Source of the DNA: Eledone cirrhosa
Taxonomy: Eukaryota
NCBI GenBank assembly: GCA_964016885.1
Contig: OZ024750.1
Location: forward strand, 48,980,001 to 49,044,000
Direction of reading: 5' to 3'
DNA length: 64,000 bases
Below, piece by piece: positions 25,389 through 37,160 of this stretch. A program made the position numbers and the translations under genes. Position 1 is the first letter of the stretch; the number at the start of each line of letters is the position of its first letter. Below the pieces are notes generated by a model. It was not told the origin of the DNA and ran no database searches. It worked only from the letters and a program-made list of their open reading frames with translations.

Positions 25389-27683
25389 TTGCCGTCGCAG
25401 GTCGATGAACAAACAGAGGCACAATTTAGTATAGCTAAATCCGAACTTAGAAATATTATAGAACAGTATAGCAAGAAGCATAATCGAATAGAGGCCCAGC
25501 AACTGGGAGAAGAATCTGCAAATGGCTTGCGTAAGCTCATGCAGCGCTCGCGTAATGGAGAGATAGCATGCTTTCCAACAGACAAGTCTGGCAGAATGTC
25601 GGTTGACAGCCTGCCAAATTACATCCAGGCAATGCAACCCCACATCACTAACACAAGAGAGGTAACACCACAGGAGCATGAGGATAGAGAAAAAACCCTC
25701 AATGCCCATATGATGATGTGGACAAATATAATGCAGCCCAACAAAAGGACTGCCAACAACTTCCAGGCCTGGAACAATGACGTGCCGGCGTTGTATGGGC
25801 TTCGTAAAGACCATAAGACGGGCTGGGACCCTGTCACGGGACCACCAACACGGCCAGTCTGTGGGGCCAACATTGCTAGTAACTACAGACTGTCCTACTT
25901 CCTCTCCCTGATCATACGCCCCATCATTGAGATGTCCCCAGATGTGTGTGACAGCACGGAGGACCTCCTCAGCAGAATCGGCGCGGGTAACCGATCTGGG
26001 GACCTAACAAACTGCATAATAGGCAGTATGGATGTTGTGTCCCTGTATCCATCTATTGACGTGGATTTTGCTGTGGAGAAATGCGTCGAAATGATCAGCG
26101 AGAGCAAGGTTGAGTTCCGTGGGATTGATACCAGTGAGCTGGGACTTCTACTTAAGCTTACCCATAGTAATAGTTACCTAGACACTTATGACCTTAGCAA
26201 CCTGTGCCCTACAAGACCAGCAAGAGGCAGACCACCTACCATTACCTCAATGGCCAAGAAAACCCACACAGATAGATGGAACGGGTGGACCAGAGCCATA
26301 CGGACACCCGAAAACCACGATGAACTGAAGAAAATGATTGCACATGCGGTAGGGGCCAGCATAAAACTAACCCTTAAGGAACATATGTTCAAATTTAATG
26401 GTAAAACATATGCCCAAGAGGAAGGAGCAGCCATTGGTGTTAGCATTGCAGGCGACATAGCTAACTTATTCATGGTATGGTGGGACAGTAGACTTAAACA
26501 AAAACTTAATGAACAATTAGAAGACAGCTTAACCCTGATAATGTACTCCCGCTACGTAGATGATATAAACATCGTAGTTAAGACACCCCCACTAAAGAAC
26601 AGTCAGGAACTAGAGAAAAACACAATGGAAAGCATCCAGCAAATAGCAAACTCCATCCACCAGAGCATTAGAGTTACTATAGACTACCCAAGTAGACACC
26701 CCAACCATCGATTACCTGTACTAGACACAGAGCTCTGGTTAGATACTATTAACAACCAAAAACAAATCCTCCATTCCCATTATGCCAAACCCATGACTTC
26801 CAAACATCTGATCCACCGAAACTCGGCCATTTCGGACCATACCAAAATCAACATACTGATTGCGGATTTGGTACGGGTGATGAGAAATGTGTCCCGCATG
26901 TGCAACCCCGAAGAACTAGAGAGACACATACAACACTTCATCCACCGTATGCAGTTCTCTGGCTACAATCAGAGAGATAGAATCAGAGTGTATAAAGGAG
27001 CCAGAACCAAATGGGAAAAAATGGTAAATAATGACATAAATGGGACCTGCCCCTTGTATAGGAGCAAATTTTGGAATAGAATAGAAAGAACTAAGAACAA
27101 GGCCAATAGAATAAACTCATGGTATGATAGCAATAAATACCAGAGTGTAATGTTCATCAATACAACCCCTAGAGGCGAACTAGCCTACAAATTTAGAAGG
27201 GCCCTAAAGAAACATAATCTCAATATTAAGATAGTAGAAAGACCTGGTACCTCCGTAAAAACACTTATTAGCAAGACATACCCGTTCCAAAGACCCTCAT
27301 GTATAGATAAGAAATGCATAACCTGTAAAATAAGCCCCCATATTAACTGTAAAACTAGAAATGTAGTATATAGCATAAGATGTACTGAAGGACAATGTAG
27401 AAACAAAAATGTAGTGTACATAGGTGAGACAGCTCGTAGTATAGGGGAACGAATAAATGAACACTGGCGAGACCTCCAAGATAGTAAAGAATCATCTGTG
27501 CTCTACCAACATGCTAAGATAGAACACAGGGGTAAATTAGAGAGCATAGAAATAAAAATAGAATCCACACACAAGAAAGACGCAATGTTTAGGCAAATAA
27601 CAGAGGCAGTAAGCATAAAAGAATTAAAACCAAAATTAAATAGAAAATATGAGTGGAACAGCAACATCACAACTTACAATTAA
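25389..27683 (+). CDS. Penelope-like reverse transcriptase plus GIY-YIG endonuclease (5'-truncated, uninterrupted; Neptune/Nematis-like Cys linker)
   Basis: LYGLRKDHK, RPV, SMDVVSLYPSI, QEEGAAIG, RYVDD, PVLD, C-x4-C-x2-C linker, VVY..YIGETAR..ERINEH, EA..I..LN. Confidence 0.93.
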   Translation: MPSQVDEQTEAQFSIAKSELRNIIEQYSKKHNRIEAQQLGEESANGLRKLMQRSRNGEIACFPTDKSGRMSVDSLPNYIQAMQPHITNTREVTPQEHEDREKTLNAHMMMWTNIMQPNKRTANNFQAWNNDVPALYGLRKDHKTGWDPVTGPPTRPVCGANIASNYRLSYFLSLIIRPIIEMSPDVCDSTEDLLSRIGAGNRSGDLTNCIIGSMDVVSLYPSIDVDFAVEKCVEMISESKVEFRGIDTSELGLLLKLTHSNSYLDTYDLSNLCPTRPARGRPPTITSMAKKTHTDRWNGWTRAIRTPENHDELKKMIAHAVGASIKLTLKEHMFKFNGKTYAQEEGAAIGVSIAGDIANLFMVWWDSRLKQKLNEQLEDSLTLIMYSRYVDDINIVVKTPPLKNSQELEKNTMESIQQIANSIHQSIRVTIDYPSRHPNHRLPVLDTELWLDTINNQKQILHSHYAKPMTSKHLIHRNSAISDHTKINILIADLVRVMRNVSRMCNPEELERHIQHFIHRMQFSGYNQRDRIRVYKGARTKWEKMVNNDINGTCPLYRSKFWNRIERTKNKANRINSWYDSNKYQSVMFINTTPRGELAYKFRRALKKHNLNIKIVERPGTSVKTLISKTYPFQRPSCIDKKCITCKISPHINCKTRNVVYSIRCTEGQCRNKNVVYIGETARSIGERINEHWRDLQDSKESSVLYQHAKIEHRGKLESIEIKIESTHKKDAMFRQITEAVSIKELKPKLNRKYEWNSNITTYN

Positions 27684-27977
27684 GGACAAAATGAAAACAC
27701 ACACACACATAGAACAAACAACTTACAATTGAAAACACACACAAGACAAAATGAAAACACACACACACATAGAACAAACAACCAACCAACAATAAATAAA
27801 TAAATAAATAAACAAACAAATAGAAAAATATAAATAGAAAAATAGAAAAATGAACACAAACACACACACAGACACCCGGATGTGGCACATGCGCAAACTG
27901 AGCACGCAACCCACACACAAAAAAAATGGCGTAGGATAGAAGAAAGGAAAGGCACAGAAACGAAGAAAGAAATCCCC

Positions 27978-28022
27978 AGTCACTGAAGAGGTCACAGAGT
28001 GTGTGACGAAAGAACTATGACT
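27978..28022 (+). ncRNA. Minimal type I hammerhead ribozyme in the PLE pseudo-LTR
   Basis: aguca-CUGAAGA-g-gucac agagugu gugac-GAAA-gaac-UA-ugacu. Confidence 0.78.
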
Positions 28023-28207
28023 ATATATATATAAACAACTATCTGGTTGTGGAACCAACCAACCAACCAGAAATTTATAAATTTATAAATTTGTAAACTT
28101 ATAAATATTTAATAAATTAAATTGAAGTGAAAGCAACTGGTGCGTGTGTTTCTTATTGGCAACATGACCCTCCCAAAGTATAACAATATATATATATATA
28201 TATATAT

Positions 28208-28905
28208 AATTGAATATAAAAGAGATATAAACACAGACATATACATATATGTATTCAAATTATAAGGGTCCGGATTCGCTAAGGAGAAATAGATACTAAC
28301 AATGGACTATAGGGTTTGCCAGACTCAATTTAAGCATAGATCAAGAAAATAAATACAAACCGGAATTGTGGTAACTACCAAACACCTAGACAGCGTTTGC
28401 CGATGCTGTTCGCGATTCAAATGTGAAGAGAATTACCAATTATTGCTCATGAGTGGGTGAAAAATTAGTAAACTCCTCACTTGTAAGTATATCAGAAATC
28501 TGAATAGTGGGCGTATATACAATAACGCACGTGGTATCTTGCAAACTCATACCACTAAAAATACTAGCCAAGTTTACTCGACATTTAAATTAGGTCGACA
28601 AATTAAGGAAGCCGAATATATCAAAGGTATATATAGAGTTAGAAACTCAAAATAGTCTCTTACAATGAAATAACTCAAGGAAAGATATGTTTCCGAGCCG
28701 TTTATTTTAATTGAATATAAAAGAGAGATAAACACAGATATACATATATGTGTTCAAATTGTAAGGGACCAGATTCATATATGTATATGTCTGTGTTTAT
28801 CTCTCTTTTCTATTCAATTATAATACACGGCTCGGAAAAATGTCTTTCCTTGTGCTATTTCATTGTAAGAGACTATTTTGAGTTTCTAACTCAATATATA
28901 TACCT
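28208..28905. mobile_element. Non-coding ~500-bp unit element, more than one unit plus inverted tail
   Basis: aattgaatataaaagaga at 28208 and 28709; 28635-28750 is inverted at 28778-28895; in (TA)n. Confidence 0.7.
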
Positions 28906-28926
28906 TATATATCATTATCTATAAAA

Positions 28927-29107
28927 GGTGGATTGGCAGTATCGGTAGAGGGTCGGACGCCATGCTTTCCAGCATAGTTACGTCCCTTTACGATCTGAGT
29001 TCAAATCCCGCCAAGGTTGACTTTGCCTTTCATCCTTACGGGGTCGATAAAATAAAGTACCAGTAATGAACTGGGTAATTGCTGGCCGTGTGCCTAAAGT
29101 AGAAACA
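28927..29107 (+). mobile_element. tRNA-derived SINE with 15-bp TSD
   Basis: attatctataaaagg at 28914 and 29108. Confidence 0.93.
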
Positions 29108-29653
29108 ATTATCTATAAAAGGCAGATTGTTGTTATTGTTGTGTGTGTGTGTGCACATGTTCCATGTTTATACATTTGCAGAATTACAAACCGATTCGAC
29201 TCAACGTCAGTAAGAATGTTGTAAATGGTTTAACTTAGGTGAACAACTCTTTATTTCATTCAAACTCACCAAGAATTATGGTAATAATCGATAAAACTAA
29301 ATACTTGACGCTTTACCCCTCTAATATAATCTGCTTACCTCTCTCTACTCCTCTTCAAATTCGATAAAACTACATACATGCTTACAACCTTCCTTTAGGA
29401 ACGCCGAAGAGAGAGATATAGAAGAGAGTGAGAGGGAGAGAGTGAGATAACGTTTGTTTTTGAGTGTGGAACGGTCAAACATTTATTTACTTCAATGACA
29501 AAGAGAAATTATTACATTTCATACGAACACAATTATTCAAAAGCAACAGATAAGTTTATTCAACAACAACAAAAATAGGGATAAATCTTTTTTAAAAACC
29601 TCTCAACGAACGTGGAAGAAATAAGTATCAGTTTATTTACTAGACACAATAAT

Positions 29654-29832
29654 ATCCTCTATGAGGTCACTAAACCTGCTAGAAACAGCAGATAACTCTC
29701 CCCAATATCACACCCCTCCCTACTGTCTTAAATTTAGATAACACATATCCTCTATGAGGTCACTAAACCAGCTAGAAACAGCGGCTAACTCTCCCCCATA
29801 TCACACCCCTGCCTACTGTCTTAAATTTAGAA
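29654..29832. repeat. ~93-bp tandem duplication (SINE-tail-like)
   Basis: atatcctctatgaggtcactaaacc...ctactgtcttaaatttag occurs twice. Confidence 0.85.
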
Positions 29833-30192
29833 AACACACATTAAACAACCATGCAGAACAACTCCATCGCATCTCTGTTGTTCGGCTGGCATCGTCTACG
29901 CGCGTGTTGCGCAAGTACTGTGAAACAATAAATGTCAACACTTCTTTGCACAGAGATAATATCCATAGGTGAAACTACAATTGACACTGCTGGCGCAGCT
30001 CCTGCTTCGGCAGTCCAGGTCTGCAGTTCATTTACCCAGTGCCTGGCAGATAAAAAGTGGTGCCATAAAATGGGTGGTGCAACCTAACTTTGTTAACTGA
30101 CTGAACCCGAGCAACGCCGGGCTTTAATGCTAGTATATATATATATATATATATGAAATATAAGAATCAAAGAACTGTTCAAAACATTATTG

Positions 30193-30239
30193 TGCTTACA
30201 GCTGTTTCCTCCAAACCGAGGTTTGGATTCTTCGGAGCA
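30193..30239 (-). ncRNA. Hammerhead ribozyme (inverted copy)
   Basis: Exact inverse of 34503-34549. Confidence 0.7.
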
Positions 30240-30604
30240 ATTTATTAATGCATGGACAGTTATATGACCTCCCTTTCAGCCGAGAGACATACCAATACAT
30301 ATTCAAACATTGATACATATTCAAACATTGTGGGTCAACATTCATTACAGAATTTAGAGTGGCAGTACACACTTCGATATTACATTTATATTAATAGGTA
30401 CAATCTGTAAATCATCTGATGTTTTTACATTGAGCTACTTAACTTACTGGTAATAAGGTAGTAATACATTACTGCCTACCACTATTTAGGGTGTGTGTAA
30501 AATACTTACAACTGCTTAAGGTTTTGTGTTTACATAACCATAAATAGTATAACTAATACTATTAACTGCTCCATATCGTTGAGCTGACATATAATATTGC
30601 CAAT

Positions 30605-33059
30605 ATGCTAATCAAAGACCAACTCCCCATGTCAACCAAGAACATACCAATACCATCCAGGAATACATATGAGAAATTGCTGATCAACAGTGTAAATTCA
30701 TTTATCAATAGAGTGAGATGGAGGACATTCCATTATGATAGAAACAAATCTAACAACTTGAATAATACTAACAATTTTGACTCCTTCGGCTTTAAAACCT
30801 TTAAAAGCCCCCCTCATAACACTCTACTTAACTCCTTTGAAAATGACCTAGTTAAACTAGTTAAGAACATTAAATACAATAAGCACCATATTAGAAGCAA
30901 CACCTTCTTAAACAAACTTAACACTTCTATTAGTGGATTCAAAACTAGTAATAAAATTATTGTACACGCAGATAAAACTAATAACATATACAGCCTAGAT
31001 TATATTACTTATAGAAAGTTTATATATAATGAACTACATAAAAGCTACAAAAAAACCACCTTGAAAAACTTAGAAGATATTAATGTAGAGGGTTATAATA
31101 TAGTGTCTAAACTAGGACTACAGAGGCATACACAACCTTTCACTCCGAACCCCCCTAGATTCTCTCTGAAGGACCATAAGGAGAACTTCATCAGCAACCC
31201 CACGATAAGACTTATCTGCCCTTCCAAGTCCGACATTGGTATTATCAGCAAGAAGATTTTGGATAAAATCATCCCACAAATTAAACACAAGATACACCTT
31301 AAACAATGGGGAAATACGGGTGAAGTAATTGAATGGTTTAAGGATATCAAGAATAATAAGAACAAAAAATTTATTCAATTTGATATCAATTCATACTACA
31401 CCTCTATTTCCCCTATCCTATTAAATAAGGCACTTATCATGGCCATGACCAATAGCGACCTGACTAGAGCCCAGGTTGATGTCATCCTTGCGGCCCGTAA
31501 AACCATAATCACCTTCGAGGACCAACTATGGACACGCAAGGATACGCACAACAACTTCGACATAACCATGGGATCTAGTGACTCGGCGCAGGTCACTGAT
31601 TTGGTCGGCCTATACCTCCTCAATGAAATCCATAAAGACCTCCCTTACCTCAACGGTGGTTTGTACCGCGATGATGCACTTCTACTCATAGAATATAAAA
31701 AATTTAATATAGAAAGAACTAGAAAACAACTGCATAAGACATTCAAAAACTTTAACCTTAGTATCACCATGGACAAAAACACTAAAAATGTTAACTTCCT
31801 AGACGCCACACTATACCTAGACTCAAAAATATATACACCCTTCCATAAGCCTAATGAGAAACTTATTTACGTAGATACCAAGTCTAATCACCCTAGATCA
31901 ATATTAAACTCTATCTCTAAGGGGGTGTCCAATAGAATCTCTAGTCTGTCCTATGACGCAAACATATTTAGCAAAAACTCACAATATTACAATCAAGCAT
32001 TAGCTAGCTCCGGCCATAATATAGAAATTGAGTTCCTACCTAAGAAAACACATAGCTACAACATCATCTCGCACAACATGTCCATGAGGAAATCTAATAA
32101 TAGGAATAGCAACCACAAGTACACCAAAGCGGAGGGTGCCACCGGAAGTAACCATTACCATGGAAACTACTGTGAGGCCTTAGGAGGAAGCAACGCACCA
32201 AACACTAAAAGCAAAAATAGAAGAAGAAATAATACATTTTTCAACCCTCCTTTCAACCTAAATGTCTCCACCAACATACCTAGGGCTTTCTTCTCACTAC
32301 TAGATAAAAACTTCCCTCTAGGACACAAGTACCACAACCTCTTAAACAAAAACACCATTAAAATCTCATACTCCACGACGCCTAACTTAGCATACCACAT
32401 AGCTAGCAGCAATAATAGTAAAATTAGTTCTTACTTCCAACAAACAAAATCGCAACGGGATGCAAACCCTCTAAATACCACTGTAGCAAGCAACAATAGC
32501 AACGGCAGTAACAATAGAAATAACACTAGTATAAGTAATAACACCAGGGTTGTCAACCTGAACACCCAAAATCCTATATCCACCACACAGACTTCCGCAT
32601 TGCATTATAACCAGCGGACTAACGCACAGAATAATTGTAACTGTAGAGCTAATAGAACCTGCCCTTTAGATAAAAAATGCCTAACCAAGGATGTCATATA
32701 CTCATGCACAGTCACGACTAATAACTCTTCAGAAACCTATGTAGGCTCCACTTCTAACTGCTTCAAAATTAGATATAACTCGCACATCCACTCGTTCAAA
32801 AAGCACAGCCTAGCCAACTCCACCTCACTTTCTAGCTACATACACTATCTAAAATCTAAAAATATACACACTCAAATGGGAAGTGATAGGCAGCGCGACC
32901 TCGTACAAACCACCTAATAAATTCTGTAACCTCTGTATACTAGAGACACACAATATTATCTTCTCCAACCGTAACCTACTTAACAAAAAATCTGAGGTGT
33001 TTGCAACTTGCCAGCACCGCCTCAGACATTCCTTCCAAAACTTTAAGCCCTATATATAG
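30605..33059 (+). CDS. PLE RT plus GIY-YIG polyprotein; one frameshift near 32865
   Basis: ADKT, LKDHK, RLICP, FDINSYY, TMGS, GLYRDD, NFLD, CNCR-x4-CPL, VIY..YVGST; the alternative frame continues LKWEVI..CNLC..LLNKKSE..CQH to TAG 33059. Confidence 0.92.
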
Positions 33060-34502
33060 CAATGTCGGACTGGAACCTAACACCACATCTAGCATCAAAC
33101 ACCAGAGACACACCCTATACTACATACCCAACACTAGCTGATCCATTATAACACAAACAACGACATCCCTCTGGAACCCTTCGCAGGGAAAATACCCATT
33201 TATACCTCTACGGCAGGTGTGACAACATCCACCCACCTGGACGGCACTACACCGCTCTAAGGGTAATTTGAGCATGAATTGATCGGTTGGATGGTGTTGG
33301 GCAGAGGAAACACCTTCCTTAGACAGATGTAAAATGATTTAATCGAGTAGCGCTGTTGACCAGTAGGACCAGGCTGCTGAGCGCAGTGAGTGAATGCAAT
33401 GCAACTGCCGTGCGGGTTGTACGTATATGGATGATCTGACGGTCAGAGAGGGGTCGCGAGGACTGCGGATTGACCTTTGGCCTGCCTGGGGATGATTATC
33501 TTTCGACATCCAATGTAGCAAGCGATGACCCAGATCTTACCAGAGATCATTGGGTCCTGAAGCAATCCTGCAATCACCGCGCCTGGTCATATGAGCAGAC
33601 TACAACCACAGAGATCATTAATTTAGAATCCTCGCTCATCATCTATAATTTCCATTTGTAGCACCTTAAGATGGGTTAATCCACCTTAATAATAATATGA
33701 TCACCTTCAGCATAATTTAGTTAAACTACTCTATAGTTAGTACACTTTATGCTTTAAAAGTCTCTCTTGGAAGGTGCACCTCACCATAGAATTTAGGGTC
33801 TATATTGGGACACATTTTAATGGCTAGATATAGAAACCCCAGAGTTACCTCCCCGCATGCATTAACTCCCCTTAGCCACACACACACTTCCGGTATTCAA
33901 TGGCGTCTCTCGAAACGTAACAACCTCCTGTATCGAACTAAAGAACACCAGACTACGATCTCTAACTGGATTGTCGTGGATTATGTGAAAGGCATATAAT
34001 CGAAATATACACTCCCTTGACCATGAAAATACCGAAGTACATGAATTACTTGACATCCCTGCGCTGTGCATCTCCAATACTTATAACACTTTTAATGCTT
34101 GCACTATCTTTAATGCTTATAATATTTCTCCACACACAGACTATATCAATCATATAAAGACTTTGCCACCAGATCTACCAACCTAACACTCTTATTTACC
34201 TACCTAAGTGCCTCTACCACACATATCTCTCTGCCACACTATATAAACAAGACGCACATGCGTGCCACACATATAACATTTGCACTATATAACCACTTAT
34301 CTTCATGTTGTACTTTAACCTATATCTTTGATTTTTGATTGTACCTATTAATATAAATGTAATATCGAAGTGTGTACTGCCACTCTAAATTCTGTAATGA
34401 ATGTTGACCCACAATGTTTGAATATGTATCAATGTTTGAATATGTATTGGTATGTCTCTCGGCTGAAAGGGAGGTCATATAACTGTCCATGCATTAATAA
34501 AT

Positions 34503-34549
34503 TGCTCCGAAGAATCCAAACCTCGGTTTGGAGGAAACAGCTGTAAGCA
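34503..34549 (+). ncRNA. Variant type I hammerhead (core CCGAAGA)
   Basis: ugcu-CCGAAGA-a-uccaaacc/gguuugga-g-GAAA-CAGCUG palindrome-UA-agca. Confidence 0.72.
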
Positions 34550-34750
34550 CAATAATGTTTTGAACAGTTCTTTGATTCTTATATTTCATATAACTGCTCT
34601 GTAAATCATCTGATGTTTTTACATTGAGCTACTTAACTTACTGGTAATAAGGTAGTAATACATTACTGCCTACCACTATTTAGGGTGTGTGTAAAATACT
34701 TACAACTGCTTAAGGTTTTGTGTTTACATAACCATAAATAGTATAACTAA

Positions 34751-34784
<34 letters not shown>

Positions 34785-34842
34785 AGAGAGAGAGAGAGAG
34801 ATGCACACACACACACACACACAGACACACATATATATAAAT

Positions 34843-34935
34843 AATTGTTTCTACTTTTGGCACAAGGCCAGCAATTACTCCAGTGCATTACTGGTACTTT
34901 ATTTTATCGACCCCGTAAGGATGAAAGGCAAAGTT
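34843..34935 (-). mobile_element. 5'-truncated SINE
   Basis: 3' half of the family consensus. Confidence 0.85.
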
Positions 34936-35135
34936 ATAAATAATGTGCTCAAAGGAGAAGTAATCCTGAGCTCTTTGAAATACAATATGTTGAAAAGGTA
35001 ACCACCAGTGTATGGAATCTATAACCTATGCGTGTGTCTACCTTGCCTTTCATAGTATATACATTCCATACACTGGTTCTTTTCCCTCTTTTATTTATGG
35101 CGCTCTATCTCTCTCTAGTCTGTTACCTTTTCAAC

Positions 35136-35218
<83 letters not shown>

Positions 35219-35791
35219 TTATCTTCCCAAGCATGAACTTACTAAGAGTTTGAGACTTCGCAAATTTGTTTTTGTATTGTGATTTAAGTCGAAACCGGGC
35301 TACAGATTATACACGCATTCCCTCCGAAATATGTATAACGATTTCAAAATAAACATGCAATAAACATGCGTGAATACATCTCAGAAGAAAGTTAATCTAT
35401 TGAAAAGCACTAATATCACGTCAGATAGAGAAATTGAGAAATGGAAATTAAATAAATCACAGGCATACAAATATTGAGGAGTCAAAAAAGAAAATAGTTT
35501 TACCCTGTCTTCAGGTTACCCAACAAATTGAAAACAGAAGCTGAGCTGAAATATAATAGTGAGGAAAATGAAATCAAGGAAAACACACAAGGAAAAAAAC
35601 AAACTAAAATCTAAATTGAAAAGACACTTCTAGAATCCCATGCAAAAACGATGGTATGAACACAATTTACATCTAAGGAAAAACTTTCAAGAGATGATGT
35701 AGACAAGCTAAATTAGCAACATTTCTACAAATAACTAGATTCAGAGCAGTATATGATGAAACCTCCCAACCAAAAACTACTAGATGGAAAT

Positions 35792-35974
35792 AATTGTTTC
35801 TACTTTTGGCACAAGGCCATCAATTAACCAGTGCATTACTGGTATTTTATTTTATCGACCCCGTAAGGATGAAAGGCAAAGTCAACCTCGGTGGCATTTG
35901 AACTCAGATCGAAAAGGGACGTAACTATGCTGGAAAGCATGGCGTACGACCCTCTACCGATACTGCCAATCCGC
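35792..35974 (-). mobile_element. tRNA-derived SINE with TSD
   Basis: ctactagatg..aataat on both flanks. Confidence 0.92.
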
Positions 35975-36209
35975 GTCTACTAGATGAGAATAATGTGTGG
36001 AACATAATAGGTGACTGCAGAATATGTGAATGTCGAGAAGAAACAATTACCAACATTATCTCTGGATGACCTTCTTAACCAAAAGCGAATATATCCACAG
36101 GCACGATAGGGTTGAGGCATACACACACAGGAAATTATGCAAACATTAATATATGACAAATGAGAAAAGAAGACAGAGGCACACACCAGAAAAGTTTGCA
36201 GAGAATGAC

Positions 36210-37160
36210 GGTGTCCAACACTTCGGAAATCGATGTTGTCGGCAGCCTATGGAGAAATATGAAAGGTTGATGGGGGCGAAACTAAATCCGGAAAAGCCGA
36301 TGTGCTTGCTCCTAGGTACCAGGAGAGGAGAGTGAATATAATCCAACAGCGTCGTCTGGAGCTGGACGGAGGGATAAGTAAAGTTGTTAAGGGTATGGTT
36401 CTGACCAGATCTCGTGGTGGGTAAGAATTGGGACGAGGTGACGATCTGAATAGCCACGATGAAGATTTTCCTAAAATGTTGACTGGAGGTGGGAATGTGT
36501 ACATCACGCCCGTCATCTACTACCGCCTAACTGTCGTGGACATCCCCCGTCCGCACCTCACCCAATTGGAAGGACTCGTCTTCAAGTTCTTGTGGAGGCG
36601 ACATTTTCCGTTGGGAGGCAGTCCATCTACATCCAGCATCCCCTAAGCGACAGGTTAATGATGCGCAAACATGCGTCGAGGATGCGGCATCTCCATATAT
36701 TCTGCCTAAACGATGGTGAACATGTGTGGTCTCCCTGTTTTGAGACTAGAATTTCCGCACTCGTGTCTTTGATTGAGCTGCAGTCCTGGGTTAAGTAGAG
36801 ACCGTGACTGGGCACCTAGCATCGGGAATGTTGCCAGGAATTAATTTCCCTCTACCAGGCGCATTATATAGTCACTGGAACTTCCACTCCCATGTTCTTA
36901 GAGGATTACTGGTGGGCAAATGCGAAGACGCGGTCGCAGAGATTCTAGCTGTCAAGGAGAACGAACTAACCTGTCTTTTCCGGAGGAATTTCGAACCGGG
37001 GACCATGGAACATTTCCAGAAATCCCTCGCTTGGCATTGATGCCAGGCATGCATGCAGGTTCGAGATAAACTCTATAGGCACAACATGGCTGTCAGACGG
37101 AGTTGTGCGAGGAGCGCCCATAGCGACGAAACCTGTAACCTCTACAGTCCAGTCCCGTCT
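36210..37160 (+). mobile_element. Decayed Tx1/L1-type ORF2 fragment
   Basis: KYERLMGAKLNPEK, FKFLWR, CLNDGEHVW and FQKSLAW match the 38-39.5 kb ORF2. Confidence 0.85.

Larger units (their letters stand above)
23491..28190. mobile_element. Young Penelope-like element, head-to-head dimer of two 5'-truncated copies
   Basis: 23547-25382 is a near-perfect inverse of 26356-28188; (TA)n on both flanks; HHR in each arm. Confidence 0.95.
28918..30133 (+). mobile_element. Non-autonomous Helitron-like element
   Basis: A|TC start, subterminal hairpin cccg-agcaacgc-cggg, CTAG|T end, 5' (GT)n tract, no TSD. Confidence 0.6.
30151..34756 (+). mobile_element. Near full-length Penelope-like element (Hydra-clade-like) with inverted 5' pseudo-LTR and direct terminal repeat
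   Basis: 30151-30405 is the inverse of 34337-34591; 30404-30562 matches 34598-34756; (TA)n on both sides. Confidence 0.95.

Noticed and set aside
25383-25814. Novel N-terminus of the 556-aa minus ORF
   Set aside because: It is the antisense of the plus-strand RT ORF read across the inversion junction; a chimeric artefact.
33520-33565. SECIS or box C/D-like AUGA...CUGA hairpin
   Set aside because: The helix register conflicts with a GA quartet, there are no apical AA residues, and the ORF has no in-frame UGA.
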